NCBI GenBank assembly: GCA_016748015.1
Contig: JAAOMT010000675.1
Location: forward strand, 496,001 to 560,000
DNA length: 64,000 nucleotides
Direction: 5' to 3'
Source: Geosiphon pyriformis uo1
Taxonomy: Eukaryota > Fungi > Glomeromycota
Part shown: positions 40,335-53,372 of the stretch, piece after piece
How positions within the stretch are numbered: position 1 is the first letter of the stretch
Layout of the letters: the number at the start of each line of letters is the position of its first letter
The notes under the pieces: generated by a model
What the model saw: the letters and a program-made list of their open reading frames with translations, nothing else
What the model was told of the DNA's origin: nothing
Database searches by the model: none
Position numbers and translations under genes: made by a program

Positions 40335-42127
40335 GTGAACAATCTTTCCAATGCTTTTTGTAATCCTGATTAATTTCTGATGTTATTAATTTTTGAAAAG
40401 ACTTTGTATCTTGATTCTGTTTATTCTTTGAAATGTTTTGGGGTTGCTTTTGGTAATTAGCTTATTAATAAAAAGGGCAGTATATTGGATTAGAAGACTT
40501 TTCATCATTAGAAAAGGCTGGATCTGTAAGGCCCTGTTTCTCATTGGTTTGGGATTATATCTGAGTTTTTGCTGAGTTAAGTTTTGTCTCCATTTGGTTG
40601 TGCTAACTTTGCTCAGTCATGTGGTTTAAATATTTTGAAGTCTAATGGGCTGTCTGCTATAAGAGATGGTTTACATGAGGTTTGGTCTGGGTTTTTTGAA
40701 GTATATACAAATGGTTCATTAAGAAGTGCTGGCTCTGCTGATGTTGTTAATGGTACAGCTGTGTATTTTTTAATTCTGAATATAAGTGTTAGTATTGCTG
40801 TTTATGGTTTTTTGTCTTCTATCATAACTGAGTTGCAAGCTGTTGCTTTGTCCTTGAAATGTGTCTTATCTTCTAATACAGTAGTATTACATTTTAATAG
40901 CCAAGCTATTATTAATACATATGTGTTAAAATTGTCATTTGTTGTGTCTAATTTTTGTAACCAGTATTAAATTAAAAGACTGCATATTTTCAATTTAATT
41001 AGGGATAAAAATCTTACTGTAAATTGGATTAAGGTTAAGAGCTATTCTGAAGTTACTAGTAATATGAAAGCTAATTTTGCAGTTGGGTGGCTGTGCAGTC
41101 TCTTTTTTCTTTACTGGCTGATATACAAAAGCATTTTTTGGTGGCTGATAACACAATTGTGTTTGACAATGTCTGTCATTTTGTTAGAAATATATTTTGG
41201 TCTATTAGTTATGCTCATTGGGAAGCTAGTCCTGACTGTAGCATGATTTCAAATATGTTGATCAAGTATATGAACTGGGTTTTTACCTCAAAGATATGGT
41301 ACCTCAATTTTTATATGCTCACTGGATTTATTAGCCATAAGTCTTCTAACTTGTGCACATATTTGATGAAAGCCATGTACTAACAATTACTAATGGTGAT
41401 TAGAAAAAGATTATATGATAAGAGTTATCATAATGTGCTGTGTTTGTTGTATGATAAGGTGGAGTTTTCAGATTATGCTTTTACTTGTGCTTAGGATATT
41501 GTTGTTTATGATGAAATTTTGGTTGAGACTTCTGCATGATAGACTGCTTTGGCTGGTATTTGTAATTTGTCTTCTTCTGCTGTTTTGTAAATTCTCTTTT
41601 AATATTCCTTAGACATTGGCTTATATACTATAGTGTATAAAAAATTTGTGTTAAAAGAATAATACAAAGAAACTTTTAGTATTTTTGAAGATAAAAAAGT
41701 GGCTGCTGTTAGTATTGTCAAATTCATAAAGTTTGTTGTGGATTTGTATTATGCTAAAACTTGGTTGGTAAAGTCTGAACACAAGATGAGAATGGAAAAG
41801 ATTGGTTTGGCTCATGATAGTGGTGTGGTTTCTAGGTTGTTTCATAGTATGTCTTTGGAGTTGTTTAATAGAGTAGTTAGGTTGTTTAGTATTGTTGAGT
41901 CTTTTGCTATTAGCTTTGGCTATTGTAAACTGTGTCATTTTTTTTCTGGTCTGAGTGGTAATATATGTGTTAGTATAAGTGTATAGTATTGTCTTGTCTG
42001 GTTTGAGTAGCTAGTTATATGTAGTAAGTACATGAGTCACATTTAGTTTGGGTCACTTAGTTTGGCTCTATGTATTAGATAGTGGTTGGGCTTTACTCAT
42101 TAATTGCATAATAAAAAAAAAAAAAAA
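40335..42127 (+). mobile_element. LINE 3' part: RNase H domain, C-terminal Zn finger, 3' UTR and poly(A) tail
   Basis: EVYTNGSL (from YTDGS), ELQAVAL, NSQA (from DSQ), WIKVK..S...N; CLL..../DYAFTC zinc-finger remnant; stop near 41986; A-tail about 42113-42127. Confidence 0.88.
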
Positions 42128-43850
42128 CTAGTTTTATATTTTTTTTAATAATTAATTTTAAAAAATATAGTAATTAAAACACAGGTTTATATAAATTAAA
42201 TTAATTTTTAAAAATATTAAATATTAAAACAAAAGTTACATATTTAAAAAAATTTTAAGTATTAATAATATTGTTAAAAAATACATTAATATTAAAAAAT
42301 GTTGTTTTTGTTTTTATAATATTATTTTAAACCATTATTATTATTATTTAATTAAAAAAACATGGTTAAAACATAATTTGTTTAATTTTTATAATAAATA
42401 ATTATTAACTAAAAATAATTTTATTAAGCAATATAATTTTATTTTTGTTAAAATAATATTAAAGTTATAATTAAATTATTTTGTTATTGTTATTTTTTTG
42501 TATATTGTGTATTATTGTCATTAATAAAGTAAATTTTTATTTTTATTGTTTATATTGTTTATTTGTTAATTAATTTTGTATATTTATTAATATAATTGTA
42601 ATATAATAATATTGTATGTTGTTTTTTTGTTATTTTTGTTTTTTATGTGAGTTTTATTAATTGAACAGATTTTAATATATTGGTTTAAAATTTTAGCAAT
42701 GCCATATTTATTGTAATATGTTGATATTATTAAAAGTGGTTATTAAAAACTTAATCTTGGTTTTTAATTTTAATAAACAAATTTTGTTCAAACATTTTTT
42801 GCAATAATATTATGTTGGATTTTTAAAGAATAAAAAATGAATTTTATAAAATAATTGTAAAAATTTTTATTTTAAAACGTTTTTAAATTTTTAAAATAAA
42901 AATTCAACAAAATGGTAATTAGTCAATTTTAAAGTTATTAGTATACCGTGTAATAAAATAAATTTTAATAAAAAAAAGTTGTTTAGTAAATTACTAATGA
43001 ATTCTAATCAGAATACGTTTTTTAAAGTTTTAAATTTTTTGACCATTTTGGTAAACTTTTTTAAATTTTTTAATTATAATATTTAGTTATATACTTATAT
43101 TGTAGAAATTAAATTATGAATAGAATTAAAAATAATTTTATATTAATTTTTGGCTTAAATTCAATTGTTAATACCAATAAAAATACCAGCTTTAAGCAAC
43201 TAATCTAAAGCTATGTTTTTTAAAGAAAAAAACTCAATAATAGCAGTTTCAAAGTTTTTAAGGATCACAAAGAAAAATTGATTGCTGCTGCTTTTGCTAA
43301 AAAAAGTGGTTTTTTGTCCATTTAAAAAATGGCTAATTAATATTATAAGTGGCAAAACTAACAAAAAGTTTGATAATAGATAAAACAACACTAAAACCGT
43401 TTTTAATGTGTTATTTGAAAAAGACTTTAACTAAAAGAGAACTACCATTCAGTATGAAACTTTAATAACGACCAAAAGTTGCTTTAAATCTGTATTGTCT
43501 AAAAGAAATGCGTTTAAAATATTTTGTTTAACAAAAATAGGGATTGCTTCTTATTTTTCTTTTGCTTGGTTGTGGGCATAAGATTTATAACAATTATAAT
43601 TTTATATAAAAAATTTTATTTCGATAATTTTATTTTATTTTTAAGATTTTTTGTTAAGAATACAATATTTTATATTGTCAAAATTTACAAATATAAATAG
43701 AAATAAACTTTTCTAAAATTAGAACAATTAATTTAATTCTTAACTTTGATGTAACATTTAAAAAGTACATATATTTAAATAAAATCAAATAAAAAATTGC
43801 AAAATTTAGATAGCGGAAAAAATCAAGTTTTCATTTTTTAATTATACCAT
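42128..43850. other. Extremely AT-rich tract, probably fully decayed repeat DNA
   Basis: Very low G+C, almost no CpG, no credible ORF; adjoins the TE nest. Confidence 0.55.
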
Positions 43851-44155
43851 AATTGAAACAAACATTGAGGGGTTAAATTCAGCTTTCTTTGGATATATTG
43901 AAATTTTAACCTATTGAGAGTTGGTATTTTCAATGATCATAATATTTTCCCTCATGATCTGACATGCGATAATTCCGTCCCATCGAAAAGATAGCAGTAA
44001 AAAACCATTCTACTTCCACAACTCGAGCCCTATCACCGTTCATTAAATCATGGTCTAATTTTTGTTGGATAGTTTTCTTCCTTTCATTAACGATATCATT
44101 GCTTTCACAATACTCTTTTATCTTTAAGGAAAATTCTTCTAAAACTGTGACTCCA

Positions 44156-44821
44156 ATGTCTTTCCATGTTCAATTAACGGAAGGTATTGTTGGCGGTTTC
44201 AAACCTCCAACAATTAGGTATCAAATATCAAGAAAATTTTAAACGTTGAAAAGGGATAGCTTAGCTTTTTTTATAATCTTTCAATTTTTTCAATTTTATA
44301 AAGACGCGTAATTGAAATAGACGGCGATCAAAACGGTGGGTTTGTAGCGCACTCGACCTTGCAAGGTCGAGACCAATACAAAGTTCAAAATGGTGAAGTC
44401 TCTAGGTAAAATTAATATACATCACCTCGTCGGTATTTCAAATAATCTGCCGGCTCTTACAAAAATTATCACGGTTGCCATAAAGTCAAGAACTCAATGC
44501 ATTAGTATCCGATCTACGCTCTACTCTCAGTTTCCTACCCACCGAGTTTCCTCATGGTGGTGAGGACATTTACGGATACGACACATCAATACATATTCAG
44601 ACTGAAGATGGGTTCGAGTGGCGCAATGGTACTTTATTCACTCGCTATTGCTTTATAAATCCATCAATAATTTCGTTAATTCGTAAATAATAGGCGGCCC
44701 CGAAGGTTGCACTCAACACGAATCAACAACTAGGGCTACTGAAGCACATAAGGCGTTATTCAAAGAATTGATTTCAAAAATCATAGGGGTTGGTGAACGT
44801 TTTGCTATTAAGAGCGCTTAA
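44156..44821 (+). CDS. Conserved fungal hypothetical protein, 144 aa, absent from the ORF track; exons 44156-44217, 44304-44405, 44486-44628, 44694-44821
   Basis: Three in-phase GT-AG introns give MSFHVQLTEGIVGGFKPPTIRRVIEIDGDQNGG...LPTEFPHGGEDIYGYDTSIHIQTEDGFEWRNGGPEGC...ERFAIKSA*. The GGFxPP, LPTE...EDIYGxDTSI and WxNGGPxGC motifs resemble an uncharacterised fungal family (recalled, not searched). Confidence 0.85.
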
Positions 44822-44898
44822 ATTCTAAATTCTATTAAAATCTACATAAGCGAGAAACCGACCCACTCGGCCACCAGTATCTATTTCTTTCTAATTTA

Positions 44899-47289
44899 TT
44901 ATCTTTTAAAGCATTGCCATAAAAATTCTATCAAAGCCCAAAAAATATCGGAAAAGGCTGTAAGTATGATGATACCAGTACCAACTACCTGAACTTCTTT
45001 TCCAAAATAAATTGAAGCCAGTTCTTTTACAAAGGCTGCATCACCCCGCAGATCCAATCCTAATTGTGACATATGACCTGGATATAGATATGTTACCTGA
45101 TTGTCTGTTTCAAATAAACTTGCTGCGGTCATAATGGAATTTAAAGACCCAAGGAGGTCTGATGTTAACGTATGAAAATATCTTAATATAGAAGTTCCAG
45201 CATTTTAATGCTGGAAATGGTTAATTGAGTTAGAGGTATATTTCAATGATAAGTGTGTCAATATTACCTCAAAGTCTCAAATTCGATATCTCGGTAATCT
45301 CGCGGGGGATTAATTCTTGCTAAATCTTTAGCAGCTCCATTGCTAGATGCTGATAAAGTGTTTTCATTCATGTCCTGGCCCTCGTCATGTCTAGAATTTA
45401 TCCGCTGATAACCATTATATCTTTCGTACCACCAAGACCCTCCACCAAAGAATATGTTAAGCCATGAAGGTAAATAATTACTCTCATTTAGTCTCAGATC
45501 CTGCCCTGCATCCCGCGCTAAGAGGCTTGATAGGGTACGATATCTCCTTATATCAGTAGTATTGAATTTGGTCAAATTTTGGATAAACGACGATGAATTG
45601 GGAGAAGGAGTTAATATTGGAATCGAGATATTAGCCTCAGAAGTAAAGCTAACTATAAGGTCATAAAGATCAGGCTTGTGTTGAAGTATGCGATCGGTAG
45701 TGCCTGTGATAATGAAAACGTTAATCTTCGGGTTACATGATGGATTGAAAATATCAATGTTTTTATTGTAAAAGTACTTACACGCTACATAACCACCCTG
45801 AATCGATTTCAACAAGTCAAATTCATTGATCCCAATGCAGAAGAGGGTTTCTAATTTTTCAGGATTTTTTGACAGATCTCTTGAAATACTTGAAGATAAT
45901 TTCGCAAGTAAGCTTGTTCCGTATACTAGGAAAAAAGGAACATTAGAAAATGAAACACCTAAATTGAGTGTTCATAATTACTGATTTGCCAAATTGAGAA
46001 CAAAAAATACCAAAGTAGCATGTCTCCTCGACAGGGGGGGCCGTATAGAAAAGAATGCGTTTGTTAAGTAATGCTGCTTTCCATAGCACAAAAATGGCAG
46101 GGCCAAAACTAGTAATAAATTTAGGGAAATAGCGAGCTGGGTGATCAAGCTATTGTAATACAACGGGTGATCTGATAAGCTGTTGGGTAAACGATAGGAA
46201 GCTACATTATGCCACAAAGCAAATAAATTTAAAAACTACCTACAGAGAACGAATTCGCTTCTCTGCGAAAAAATTTGCCTTTCATAACACCCGAATCGAT
46301 GGGGAAGTGATTATTTGATAACAAAAGCTGATCACGAAAAGCAGAATTTCCACGTGACATGGAAGGACCATCCTCAGAATCGGAAAGATAGTAATGATTA
46401 GTTTCGGTATTTACAGCGAAGCTACAGTCTTCAAAGTATCTTTGAAGATCGGAATAATCGCCTGGAAAGTTAACATGTTGTCTGTAGTAGTTTTAACTGA
46501 TATAAATATATAATCTGAGTTTCCCAAATAATCAATGTAACATTTTGCACATACACATACCTGACCTGATCTTGCAAAAATTTTAAATGTCTCCATGGCT
46601 TACCGTAAAACTCACATGTGGGTAACGGAGAGACTAATATTCCGAGAGCTGCCATTTTTGCCCCACGTTCTTGTGATTGATCAAAAGTGGGAACATTCTG
46701 GAAGACACTCAATCCAATATAAGGAGGTTTCGCGAAGTATCTGTAGCAAAAAACTTTTTAATGAAGTTTATGAATGTGAATAGAGCTATTTCTTACATGA
46801 CGTCCTTCTCTACACCATGCAATCCACTCGGCATTGCCGAAAATTCAACACCTTGTAAATCAACATCTAGTAAAAATCAAGGGAAGATTTCATTGTATGA
46901 CGAATAAAAATTGAAGTCGGAAATTTTGATAAATTAGAATTACCATCAGGATATTGCCATTCAATTACATTTCCGTGTTTGGTATCAAAACGCACTACGA
47001 AAATGGCAACCATCTTCGAGCTATTTTCCCATTTGGGTTTTTTGTTAAGCAAATCTGGCGTCTCATTAAATGAACCAGAATTAAATTCTCCAGTATTCAA
47101 AAACAAACTTTCACTGAGGGCTGTTGAGTTATCGCTGAAAACTCGTATATAGCAAAAAACATGAATTAAAATAATGTCAGGATAGGATCAAAGTAACTTT
47201 TAAAATGCATACGGATTTTCCGAAGGCACAACACACTTGATTTCTTGCTGCTGACTGATGTAAAGGTAAAAGGTATAACTGAGAATCAT
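44899..47289 (-). CDS. DENN-domain protein of the DENND11/LCHN/Anr2 type (putative Rab GEF), multi-exon; 5' end uncertain
   Basis: VAIFVVRFDTKHGNVIEWQYPD, GVEFSAMPSGLH, ERGAKMAALGIL, GYVACTTDRILQHKPDLYD, and C-terminal LGLD...DAAFVKELASIYFG; GT-AG introns in phase. Confidence 0.82.
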
Positions 47290-47665
47290 GAATGGTTTTA
47301 GAAATTGAAGTTAAAACGTATATATGGCGATTGTTACTAGAGCGCTTCTGTTGCTGTAGTTTTATTAACATATTCCAAGTCATATGCTTCTAATGAGGTC
47401 GTCTCCCTCCCTTCGCTGGACATTCCAGACATTGTAAGAATGACTTTTAAATTTATTCTAGTTTGGGGTTTAATTTTAAGTTTTGGTCCGTAATCACATG
47501 GTAAAAAGTAAACTTTTAATTAAGGAAATCATCACCATGATGCAGGAATACAAGAACCATTTATTTATTATTTCTATCCTTGGATTTCAAATAGTAAATA
47601 AAAAAGAGGATATTATAAATATCTTTTCTATAAGATAAAGTAAGGCCTCGGGGCCCAGTATAAAT

Positions 47666-49243
47666 CTAGCACAGGCCTTCCTCATCTTCATCAGGTAGAG
47701 AAATAGATTCTTTCTCAATGGGAGCGTCAATTCTTTCGGTGGATTTAGAGAATTCTTGCAAAGTGGCATCTTCCTCTTTCTCATCTTTAAAATATGTGGA
47801 AAGATAATCGTCCTCATCGAATTCTTTTTCTTCCCCCTGCATATTTAATTCTCCTCCGTTGTTCCAAAGAAAGGCTCCTGGTATTTGTGGCAGGGATACT
47901 TTATTAGTCGAAGATCTAAGGATTCCTCCTGGCACGTGAAGGTTTCGAGCCAGTTTAGCAACTTCATTGTCTAAGAATGTAATAATCTGCCTGTTAACCG
48001 TCTCTTCTAGAAGCTCTTGATCGCCCTGTTCAAAAGCGTCAAGCAGAATGCTTGCGACTGCTGACTCTTCCGATTGGACGAAGGCATATCTATCCAAAAA
48101 TAATAGGATCAACGGTATAAAAAATCTTCCGTGTTTGCCAGAATTTCAAAGCAATATTAAATAAGCCAAAAATTAATGGATAAATACTGGCAAAAATGTT
48201 GAAATTGTTTTTTCGCTTCTATTTCATCGCTCGCAGCCAATAAAATAATGATTATACTTAGACACGTTTTGCTCACTCCCGAGTTATTGTTCATACTAAG
48301 GTAAATTTCTCTCAATCGCAGCAATATGTCTATAGCTGCTTCGAATCTAAAATAATATGTCAATATTAAACGGTAGTTTCTAGGTATAAGAACGAATAGA
48401 TTATTAAAAAAATCTAACCTTTTATTTCGAATCATCACTGCAATTGTTCGAATAAAAGTATCAATCGCAAACTTTCCCCGATCTTCGGATTCATATAATG
48501 AACAAGCAGCATTGTAAAAATCAATGGCCTGATTTACATCTACTGTTTCAAGAGCTCTAGAATTGAAAAAATTTATGAGTGAAAAAGCATGTATAAAACA
48601 GAGCTAATTCAATTAATACCTTGCGGCTTTTTCGAGCATCTCAGCTGCACGATCAGGATTCATATGAGTTTGATAAAGATCACTGGCCTGACGATATAAA
48701 TCTGCAGCACGATCCGGCTGTTTGAGCTGTAGAGAAGCCAGATTCCCAGCTCCTTCCATGGTTTTGGCGGCCATATAAATTCTGAGAAAGATCAGACATT
48801 AACACAAATCGAATATACGTTTCTCGCCCAATAAAACAACAACTTTAAGGGAATACTATCGCTTCAACTTACGAATTTGATTTGAATAGAGCATCAGAAG
48901 CTTTTAAGTATGCTTGGATGGCTTGTTCATAAGAGCGAGCAGCTTTAAAACAGGATGCTGTGTACTAAAAAATGTTATAATTTTAACAAGCTTTACTGGA
49001 GAAGCATTGTTCTTACGATTTTACAAATTTAAAACATGCCAGCCTTTTCGTAACATGAGCCGGCTACATCCCAATCAGGTTTTTTGAACCAATTCTTTTG
49101 AATTCTGTTAGAACCAAAGGAAATTCTAATGAACTTATACGAAACGATCGAAATTGTCCGAAACAAAAAAATGCTAGTTCATCTTACGCTTTATCACCAT
49201 CTGCAAGGAATTGGACGGCTTCACGAATTTTTTGGGTCTCCAT
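47666..49243 (-). CDS. NAPG: Gamma-soluble NSF attachment protein (gamma-SNAP), multi-exon
   Basis: METQKIREA..., WFKKPDWDVAGSCYEKAASCFKAA, PDRAAEMLEKAARALE, LLDAFEQGD, FLDNEVAKLARNL, and acidic tail ending EEGLC. Confidence 0.88.
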
Positions 49244-49725
49244 TTTTTTTCAACTTCACAATTGAGGTTGGGAGAATATTTGTTCCTTAGAATTAATGCT
49301 ATTTAGCAAAATTAATTATTTACACTGTACTACAATAATTCATTTCAATCATTTAATATAATTGTTATTATGTTAATAAAAGATGTATTATTTATCAATA
49401 TTAAAAATTTCAAATACTAATATTTTTTAATATTTAACATGATTTATTAATATTAAAAAACTATTGGTTAAAAAAAATCAATTACATGTATTTTTAATTG
49501 AAATCATGTATTTTTATATTTTAATTTCTTTGATTTATTTACATTGTTGTAAAAATGCTAAATTAATAAAATTGATTATTATAATTATTTAAAACTTGAA
49601 TTTTTGATTTTATAAATTAATTAGAATTAGTAGCAAAAAATTAAACTTTAAAATATTCCCAAAAAGATTATCATTTGTTTTACTCAACTATCAAAACGAG
49701 TCCATTGACATACAACGAATCCACG

Positions 49726-49905
49726 ATGGCCATTGCTCCAATCACAGGTAAACTTCGCAAACAACTCATTGTCGACATCACAGTCTCCCTCGGTCTTGGT
49801 CTCGCTGCTGGCTATGGTTTTTGGTACGGTGTTCACATACCTGCTATCAAAAAACGGGAGGCCTTTTACGCGAAGCTTGCTAAAGAAAAGGAACAACTTC
49901 AATGA
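49726..49905 (+). CDS. COX9: Cytochrome c oxidase subunit Cox9 (fungal VIIa / COX6C family), 59 aa
   Basis: MAIAPITGKLRKQLIVDITVSLGLGLAAGYGFWYGVHIPAIKKREAFYAKL. Confidence 0.93.
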   Translation: MAIAPITGKLRKQLIVDITVSLGLGLAAGYGFWYGVHIPAIKKREAFYAKLAKEKEQLQ

Positions 49906-50386
49906 GTAAACACTTCTGTATATAAAGCTTTAACGTGAAGGCAAGCTTTGTCTCCAGAGATAACGGTGGGGTTATGACTGGGTAATTGTGTTAAGAGTCT
50001 TGAAAGTTTCCATGTCGCTTTCAGATTTATCTCTTCTTTGATTAGAGCCAAACAATCCATAGATTATTAATTACCAGAAAAGGGAGGTTATTCCAAGAGT
50101 ATATTTCAATTGCAATAAAATCAAACGTATTATGATATACAAAGCAAAAAATTGTACTATCTAGTTTCCGCATTAAAAGATCTTTAATTTCACAAAACGC
50201 GGTTCCTTCCTGAATTACGGGAGCTCGGGCTCTACTTAGAAAGTGACTTAACGAGCGGAACATGGGTAATTCTTGTTTGGATACAAATAAAAGTATCAGG
50301 GGAAAAGGGCTTTATTTACGGACTTTATTAATTTTCCCTGATCCTCAATCTTGAACATAACCTACACGATTAAATATACAATTTAT

Positions 50387-52294
50387 TTACATTTCAAAAT
50401 CTTTGAGAAACCGCATCGTGGTTTCGAACGCAAAAATGGCCGAGGCATTGGTAGGGAATGACCTCAAAATACAAGGAGTAAATCCCCGGTAAAATCCAGA
50501 AAATCCCTCTAATTTATAAAGCCATCTAGAAATCAGCAAAGCGAAACAAAAAGGACGTTTCTGATGGAGTAAGTCATTTAGTCACCTGTTTGATATAAAT
50601 ATTTGACACAGCTAGCCAAACTTGGAAAACGTAAGGGTTTAACATCGGGTTGTGTCATAATTCGGTTTTTTACAACATCTGAAAATACAAGATTCTATAT
50701 TATAATAAAATAATAATTAAAAAACCAAAAAACTACCATTCAAGTTACCAAAAGGGAAAGAAATTATCCAAAATGTGCTGGCGCTAAATCCACCCGCAAA
50801 AAAATTAATTGCTCCTTCACTCATGTTTGTCTTTCGCAGCCATATCGCATAAAGCTTGATGATTGGAAGAAAAAATGCGTTAAAAAATGTGATTGGCAAA
50901 ATGTTCATTTAAACTATGTTTACCTCATATGAGCCCCACCATACAGCAAACCAGCTGCATTGATATAGCGGAGATTTTTTAGTTTATGGAAAAGTGAAAG
51001 AGCAATTAGGCTGCAGGTACAACAAACCTCCTAAAAATTAGAGTGCCAGTCAAACCTTTCCAAAGACCAGGAATTCCATTGTTATGAATCTTTTGATTCA
51101 AAAGGAAAAAGTTGATGATTTTACTGAAGAATCTAACCTTTGGGACAGCGAAAAAGCCTACCAATTTTCGTGCGCAATCAATTGGTCCTTGATATAATTT
51201 TGTATGGGAATCATATTGTACTTGTAAACGTGCCTAAAAACAAATGGTCTTTTATTAAGGAGACCAGCATAGCACAATGATTAATAAATAAAAATGCAAA
51301 AACCAAACTAGTACCTTAATGTGCTCGATCGGGGTTGCAACGAAGGAGACTGTCAGTCCAGCGCCTGTTAAGATTCCAGTCGATTAATCAGTGGAAATGG
51401 TTAAAACCATAATATTTAAAGCTCATCAAATTAGCATATATATTGATACCCAGTCCAGCCAAAGCGTGTTGTGGTATAGTTAATTTTACTTTTGGGTCAT
51501 TTTTCTGAAGAAGAAGACGATAATTGTGAAGGGAGCCTAGCCTTGATCAAAAAATGATGTTTTAAGCAAAGTTATAGGAAAGTTATATTTATAAATAAAT
51601 GAAATCAATTAAAAAACAAGGTTTATTACGCTCACATTATGCTATCCATCAAAGCCCAACCCAAAAGAGGAGGAGTTGCACCTGAAATCATATTAAGAGA
51701 ATTATAATCAGCGAAAATAACAAGAGCTTCTATTCTATAATTTCAGAATTCCACTTTGATTACCTTTGTATAAAGCTCGAAACCCTTCCTTAAAACAAGC
51801 GATTTAAAAAAGGTAATAAGGTCTCGATTAGAAATGATAAATAAAATTGTAGGAAACTCTACCTTTTTAATTGTTGTTGTAAAACAGTGAATCGGTCCTC
51901 GAAATCGCCCCTCTTTTCCAGACGTTTGCAAACGAACCTTAACCGTGTCTATTTGTATTTGAAATGCAATGAAAATTCAAATTTCACCTATTTAACCATG
52001 ATTTTTGACAAGAAACTAAAATGATCAAAAATATACCAAAAGGGTGACCGACACATAGCTTGGTCACTCCGGATGCTACCCCGGCCAAAAAACCTCGGAT
52101 GCGATTGGGCTTTTCTTGCTTGCAACTTTCCAGCCTTACGACACTACGAGGTTTTTGATGGTTTGATGGCGGAGGAGACTGGAGGATTTCTATAAAAGAA
52201 AATTCTACTTTAGCAGTTGAACTTTTCTATTTACGCATTAGGCACAATGTAGAAAAAGTTTTTTATGAAACCTACCTATTATTTTGGTACTCAT
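50387..52294 (-). CDS. Mitochondrial carrier (SLC25; Ymc1/carnitine/ornithine-carrier subfamily), about 11 exons
   Basis: Three signature motifs: GHPFDTVKVRLQT, TPIEHIKARLQ, FPFDVVKNR. Also GATPPLLG and GFTPCILRSFPTNAS. The start MSTKII (52294) is inferred from a strong G|GTAGGT donor. Confidence 0.9.
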
Positions 52295-52505
52295 ATCAGT
52301 CATTCAGAAATCAAGTGAGCATACTAATGACGAGTAAAAGTTGTTAAACTAATTCTCGATTGTTGTTTATTTTTGCACGTGAAAAAATGACTCATTGTTC
52401 TCCGGGAATCAATGAAATGATAAACCCTGAATTAAAAATTCCTTGGATAGAATAAATAGCGCCAAAATTTCATCAAATATTTAAATAGGATAGCCTGGTA
52501 GGAAA
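52295..52505. promoter_or_regulatory. Short bidirectional promoter with CACGTG (52376-52381) and ATGACTCAT (52387-52395)
   Basis: 211 bp between divergent ATGs, with exact E-box and Gcn4/AP-1 consensus sites side by side. Confidence 0.55.
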
Positions 52506-53372
52506 ATGGCAACGAAACCCACTGGATGTCCTATGCAGACTAAAGAAACCCAGGCAAATGGACAAAGCAAACCTTTTGGCAACGCTTGTCCACACCACTC
52601 TGGTGATGTACTCTCGCTAGAGAATCAAATGCCAAAATTATCTCAAGAGCCGATACCTGGGCAAAAAATTTCTCTACCAACCTTGAGAGTAGTTTCTTCT
52701 ATTCCTAAAGCACGAAGTAAGGAGTTTTGGGAATACCCTTCCCCACAACAATTTTATCGTGCACTTGTAAGGAAAGGCTGGGAAACGCCAGAGGAGAGTA
52801 TAGAAACCATGGTAGACATACACAATTTCTTGAATGAGCAAGCATGGATCGAGATTAACAAATGGGAGGGTATGCGAAAGTGGTAAGTATGGAAACTTTG
52901 GTTCGGCTTGATTTTTTATCAGTTAATTGAGACTTACAGTTAATAATTATAAAGTGTGTGTGGTGGACCAAAGCTCTTACGCTTTCGTGGTAGACCACAA
53001 GAACTCAGTCCGAAAGCTCGAATAATACAATGGACTAAGTGGATTCTTCCTTCCTTAGGGTATGCTGATTAGCTATTCTGATATTTATATATTCACCACT
53101 TCTATTATTGAAAGAGTTTATTTTTTTCTGCAAGCACTCCACCACCATTCGATCGGCATGATTGGACGATTGATCGTTGTGGGAAAGAAGTACGATATGT
53201 AATAGATTATTACTCTGGACCAAATGAAGGCGACACACCAGTTTTTTATCTTGATGTAAGGCCAGCATTGGATTCTGTCGAGAGTTTAGTTGATCGTATA
53301 AAGCTGGCTACTAGAGAGACATTTGAACAGCTGAGGGCAAGAGCACAACCGGGCAAAACTGGAGATCGATAG
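52506..53372 (+). CDS. Holocytochrome c/c1 synthase (cytochrome c heme lyase), 3 exons
   Basis: N-terminal CPM/CPH heme motifs, [67 protein letters not shown]. Cyc3 versus Cyt2 was not resolved. Confidence 0.95.
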
